DNA from: Candidatus Omnitrophota bacterium | GTDB lineage: Bacteria > Omnitrophota > Gorgyraeia > Zapsychrales > Zapsychraceae | Reading direction: 5' to 3' | NCBI GenBank assembly: GCA_015233495.1 | Contig: JADFXQ010000014.1 | Coordinates: forward strand, 1 to 37,690 | DNA length: 37,690 bases | Shown: one piece after another, positions 35,188 through 37,690 of the stretch | Layout of the letters: every line of letters starts with the position of its first letter | Numbering within the stretch: the stretch's first letter is position 1 | Made by a program: the position numbers and the translations under genes | Notes under the pieces: model-generated | What the model was told of the DNA's origin: nothing | The model's database searches: none | What the model saw: the letters and a program-made list of their open reading frames with translations, nothing else

Positions 35188-37381
35188 ATGTCCAGTCAAG
35201 TCCTCACCAAAATCATCAAGCGCAACAACCTTGAAGAAGATTTCAAACCGGAAAAAATTACCACCGCGATTCAAAAAGCGGGGGAAGCTTCCGGTGAGTT
35301 TGGCGAAGAAATGAGCCGCAAACTCACGATTCGCGTCTTGAATATCGCCCAACAGCTTTTCAATAATCGCGCGCCCCACGTTGAGGAAATCCAAGACATT
35401 GTCGAAGATGTTTTGATCTCATCGCCCTATGTGAAAACCGCGAAAGGTTATATTCTTTATCGGGACCAGCACGCTAAAATCCGCGAAATCGCCTCGAAAA
35501 GCAACGTGGATTTAGTCGACCAGTATTTAGAAAAAATTGACTGGAAAGTCAATGAAAACAGCAATATGGCCTTTTCTTTGCAGGGGCTCAATCAATATAT
35601 TTCATCGGAAATCAGCAAGGTTTATTGGTTGAATAAAATTTATCCTCCGGAAATCAAAAAAGCCCACAATAACGGCGATTTTCATATTCATGATCTGGGT
35701 CTGATCAGCGTTTATTGCGTGGGATGGGATTTGATGGATTTGCTCATCTCGGGATTTCAAGGCGCGCCCGGAAAGATGGAATCCAAACCGGCAAAGCATT
35801 TACGCAGCGCTTTAGGTCAGGTCGTGAATTTCTTTTACACCCTGCAGGGCGAAGCCGCCGGCGCGCAGGCGTTTTCTAATTTTGACACCTTGTTGGCCCC
35901 GTTTGTCCGTTATGATAATCTCAGTTATAAAGATTTGAAACAGGCCTTACAAGAATTTGTTTTTAATATCAATGTTCCGACGCGGGTTGGGTTTCAAACG
36001 CCTTTTACCAACATCACCATGGATTTAAATGTGCCGTCGCATTTTGCCGATCAATATGTGATTATCGGCGGCGTTCCGCAAAAAGAAACGTATAAGGAAT
36101 TTACCAAAGAAATCGAAATGTTCAATCAAGCGTTTTTGGAAGTGATGACCGAAGGCGACGCGAAGGGCCGGGTCTTCACTTTTCCTATTCCGACGTACAA
36201 TATCACGGCGGATTTTAATTGGGACAATCCGAATTTGAACCATCTCTGGGAAGTCACGGCCAAATACGGGATCCCGTACTTTTCCAATTTTGTCAATTCT
36301 GATATGAAACCGGAAGACGCGCGCAGTATGTGCTGCCGCCTGCGTTTGGATAACCGAGAATTGCGCAGCCGCGGCGGGGGGCTGTTTGGCGCCTCTCCTT
36401 TGACCGGGTCTATCGGCGTGGTGACGTTGAATATGGCGCGTATCGGCTATTTTGCCGAGAATGAGGCGCAATTTTTGACCCGGGTCACGGAATTGATGGA
36501 AATGGCCAAAGAAAGTCTGGAAATTAAGCGCAAGATTCTGGAAAAATTTACGGACGGCGATCTTTATCCTTACATGAAATTTTTCCTGCGCAATATGAAA
36601 ACGCGCACCGGCGAATTTTGGAAAAATCATTTCGGCACCATTGGCTTGGTCGGAATGAACGAGGCGTGTCTGAACTTGTTCGGCGAGAGCATCGCTACCG
36701 AACGCGGCCAGCAATTTGCCAGCCGGGTTTTGGATTTTATGCGCGATAAATTGATGAAATTTCAGGAAGAAACTCACAGCATTTATAATCTCGAAGCTAC
36801 GCCGGCGGAAGGGGTTTCTTATCGTCTAGCCCGGCTGGATAAAGATACTTGCCCGGGGATTATCGTGGCAAATAATACCGCGTGTCAGGAATGCGGCAAG
36901 GAGCCGTTTTACACTAATTCGACGCAAATGCCGGTGGATTTTTCCAATGACATCTTTGAAGTTTTGGATATCCAGGACAATTTGCAAACCCGTTATACCG
37001 GCGGCACGGTTTTGCATGGTTTTGTCGGAGAAAAAATCAATGACCCGCAAGTGGTGAAAAAATTAGTCCGTACCATCTGTTTAAAATACAAGTTGCCTTA
37101 TTTCACCATCACTCCGACGTTTAGCGTCTGTCCGAATTGCGGTTATATCGGCGGCGAGCACGCGTTTTGCGCGAAATGCGAAAGCGCTTGTGAAATTTAT
37201 TCCCGGGTGGTGGGGTATTTNNNNNNNNNNNNNNNNNGGGCCGGTTCAGCAGTGGAATAAGGGCAAGCAGGCGGAATTCGAATTGCGCAAAACTTATCGT
37301 GTGGAAAAAACTTTAGCCGGCGCAGCGCCTAATCCGGTTAGCTCGAATGAAACAGCCTTGTCTGCGGAACCAACCGTATAA
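35188..37381 (+). CDS. nrdD: Anaerobic (class III) ribonucleoside-triphosphate reductase with ATP cone; spans an assembly gap
   Basis: ATP cone, ENSN, HIHDL, AGAQA, FTFPIPT, SMCCRL, LEATPAEG, CPNC/CAKC, YSRVVGY, then after 17 N (37221-37237) PVQQWNKGKQAEF in another frame. Confidence 0.95.
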
Positions 37382-37401
37382 AGCGGGTATGGATGGCTTT
37401 G

Positions 37402-37690
37402 ATGGAAATCGGCGGTTTTTTAAAGATGTCTTTGATTGATTTTCCGGGTAAAATTGCGGCGGTTATTTTTACCCGCGGCTGTAATTTGCGTTGCTCTTAT
37501 TGCCACAACCCTGAGCTGGTTGAGCCTAAGCAATATTCTGACTTGATTGCCGAGCGGGATGTCTTGGATTTCTTAGCCAAACGATTGGGTAAATTGGAAG
37601 GCGTGGTGATCACAGGAGGAGAGCCGACAATCCAGCCGGATTTGCCGCAGTTTATTCAAGCGGTTCGGCGTTTGGGATACGCGGTTAAAG
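37402..37690 (+). CDS. nrdG: Anaerobic RNR activating radical SAM enzyme, 3'-truncated by the window edge
   Basis: Manual translation: MEIGGFLKMSLIDFPGKIAAVIFTRGCNLRCSYCHNPEL...GVVITGGEPTIQ. In-frame alternative ATG at 37393. Confidence 0.93.
   Translation, partial: MEIGGFLKMSLIDFPGKIAAVIFTRGCNLRCSYCHNPELVEPKQYSDLIAERDVLDFLAKRLGKLEGVVITGGEPTIQPDLPQFIQAVRRLGYAVK

Noticed and set aside
36025..36777. 250-aa antisense ORF within nrdD, and the other short antisense or alternate-frame ORFs in the track
   Set aside because: Shadow ORFs of well-supported genes with no recognisable motifs.
37190..37381. Frameshifted nrdD pseudogene or separate small gene
   Set aside because: The frame change coincides with the N gap, and the post-gap peptide is the normal NrdD C-terminus.
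1..37690. tRNA, rRNA, CRISPR arrays, prophage or defence genes
   Set aside because: None recognised; intergenic spaces are short and accounted for.

Overview
Bacterial chromosomal window of moderate GC from a probable anaerobic diderm (Mla and TamB-like genes, class III RNR, group 4 hydrogenase); the taxon cannot be fixed from sequence alone. From left to right it holds: (1) the right end of an IS1202/ISNCY-like insertion sequence; (2) a terminator-containing leader and an operon encoding SulP, an HTH-PTS EIIA protein and a six-subunit Ehr (hydrogenase-related, no NiFe ligands) complex, then DMT, MarC, LapA-like, PfkA and a TamB-like gene; (3) a 45-bp perfect inverted-repeat element, a hypothetical gene, purB, an EndoQ/PHP-UvrD fusion, an HD protein, an ABC-F ATPase, a Q-rich exported protein, a receiver protein and mlaEFD; (4) a complete echABCDEF [NiFe]-hydrogenase operon with hypA; (5) a PAS-GAF-GGDEF protein, a COG0731-type radical SAM protein and NrdR-controlled nrdDG. 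The most striking signals are in the ech operon. The small subunit EchC is fused to a GNAT domain with a degenerate catalytic motif, and the [NiFe] chaperone HypC is fused to a HydE-like ([FeFe]-maturase-type) radical SAM domain, with no hypB/D/E/F in the window. Together these suggest an unusual hydrogenase maturation and regulation system. All family calls come from motif recognition by eye, not database searches.
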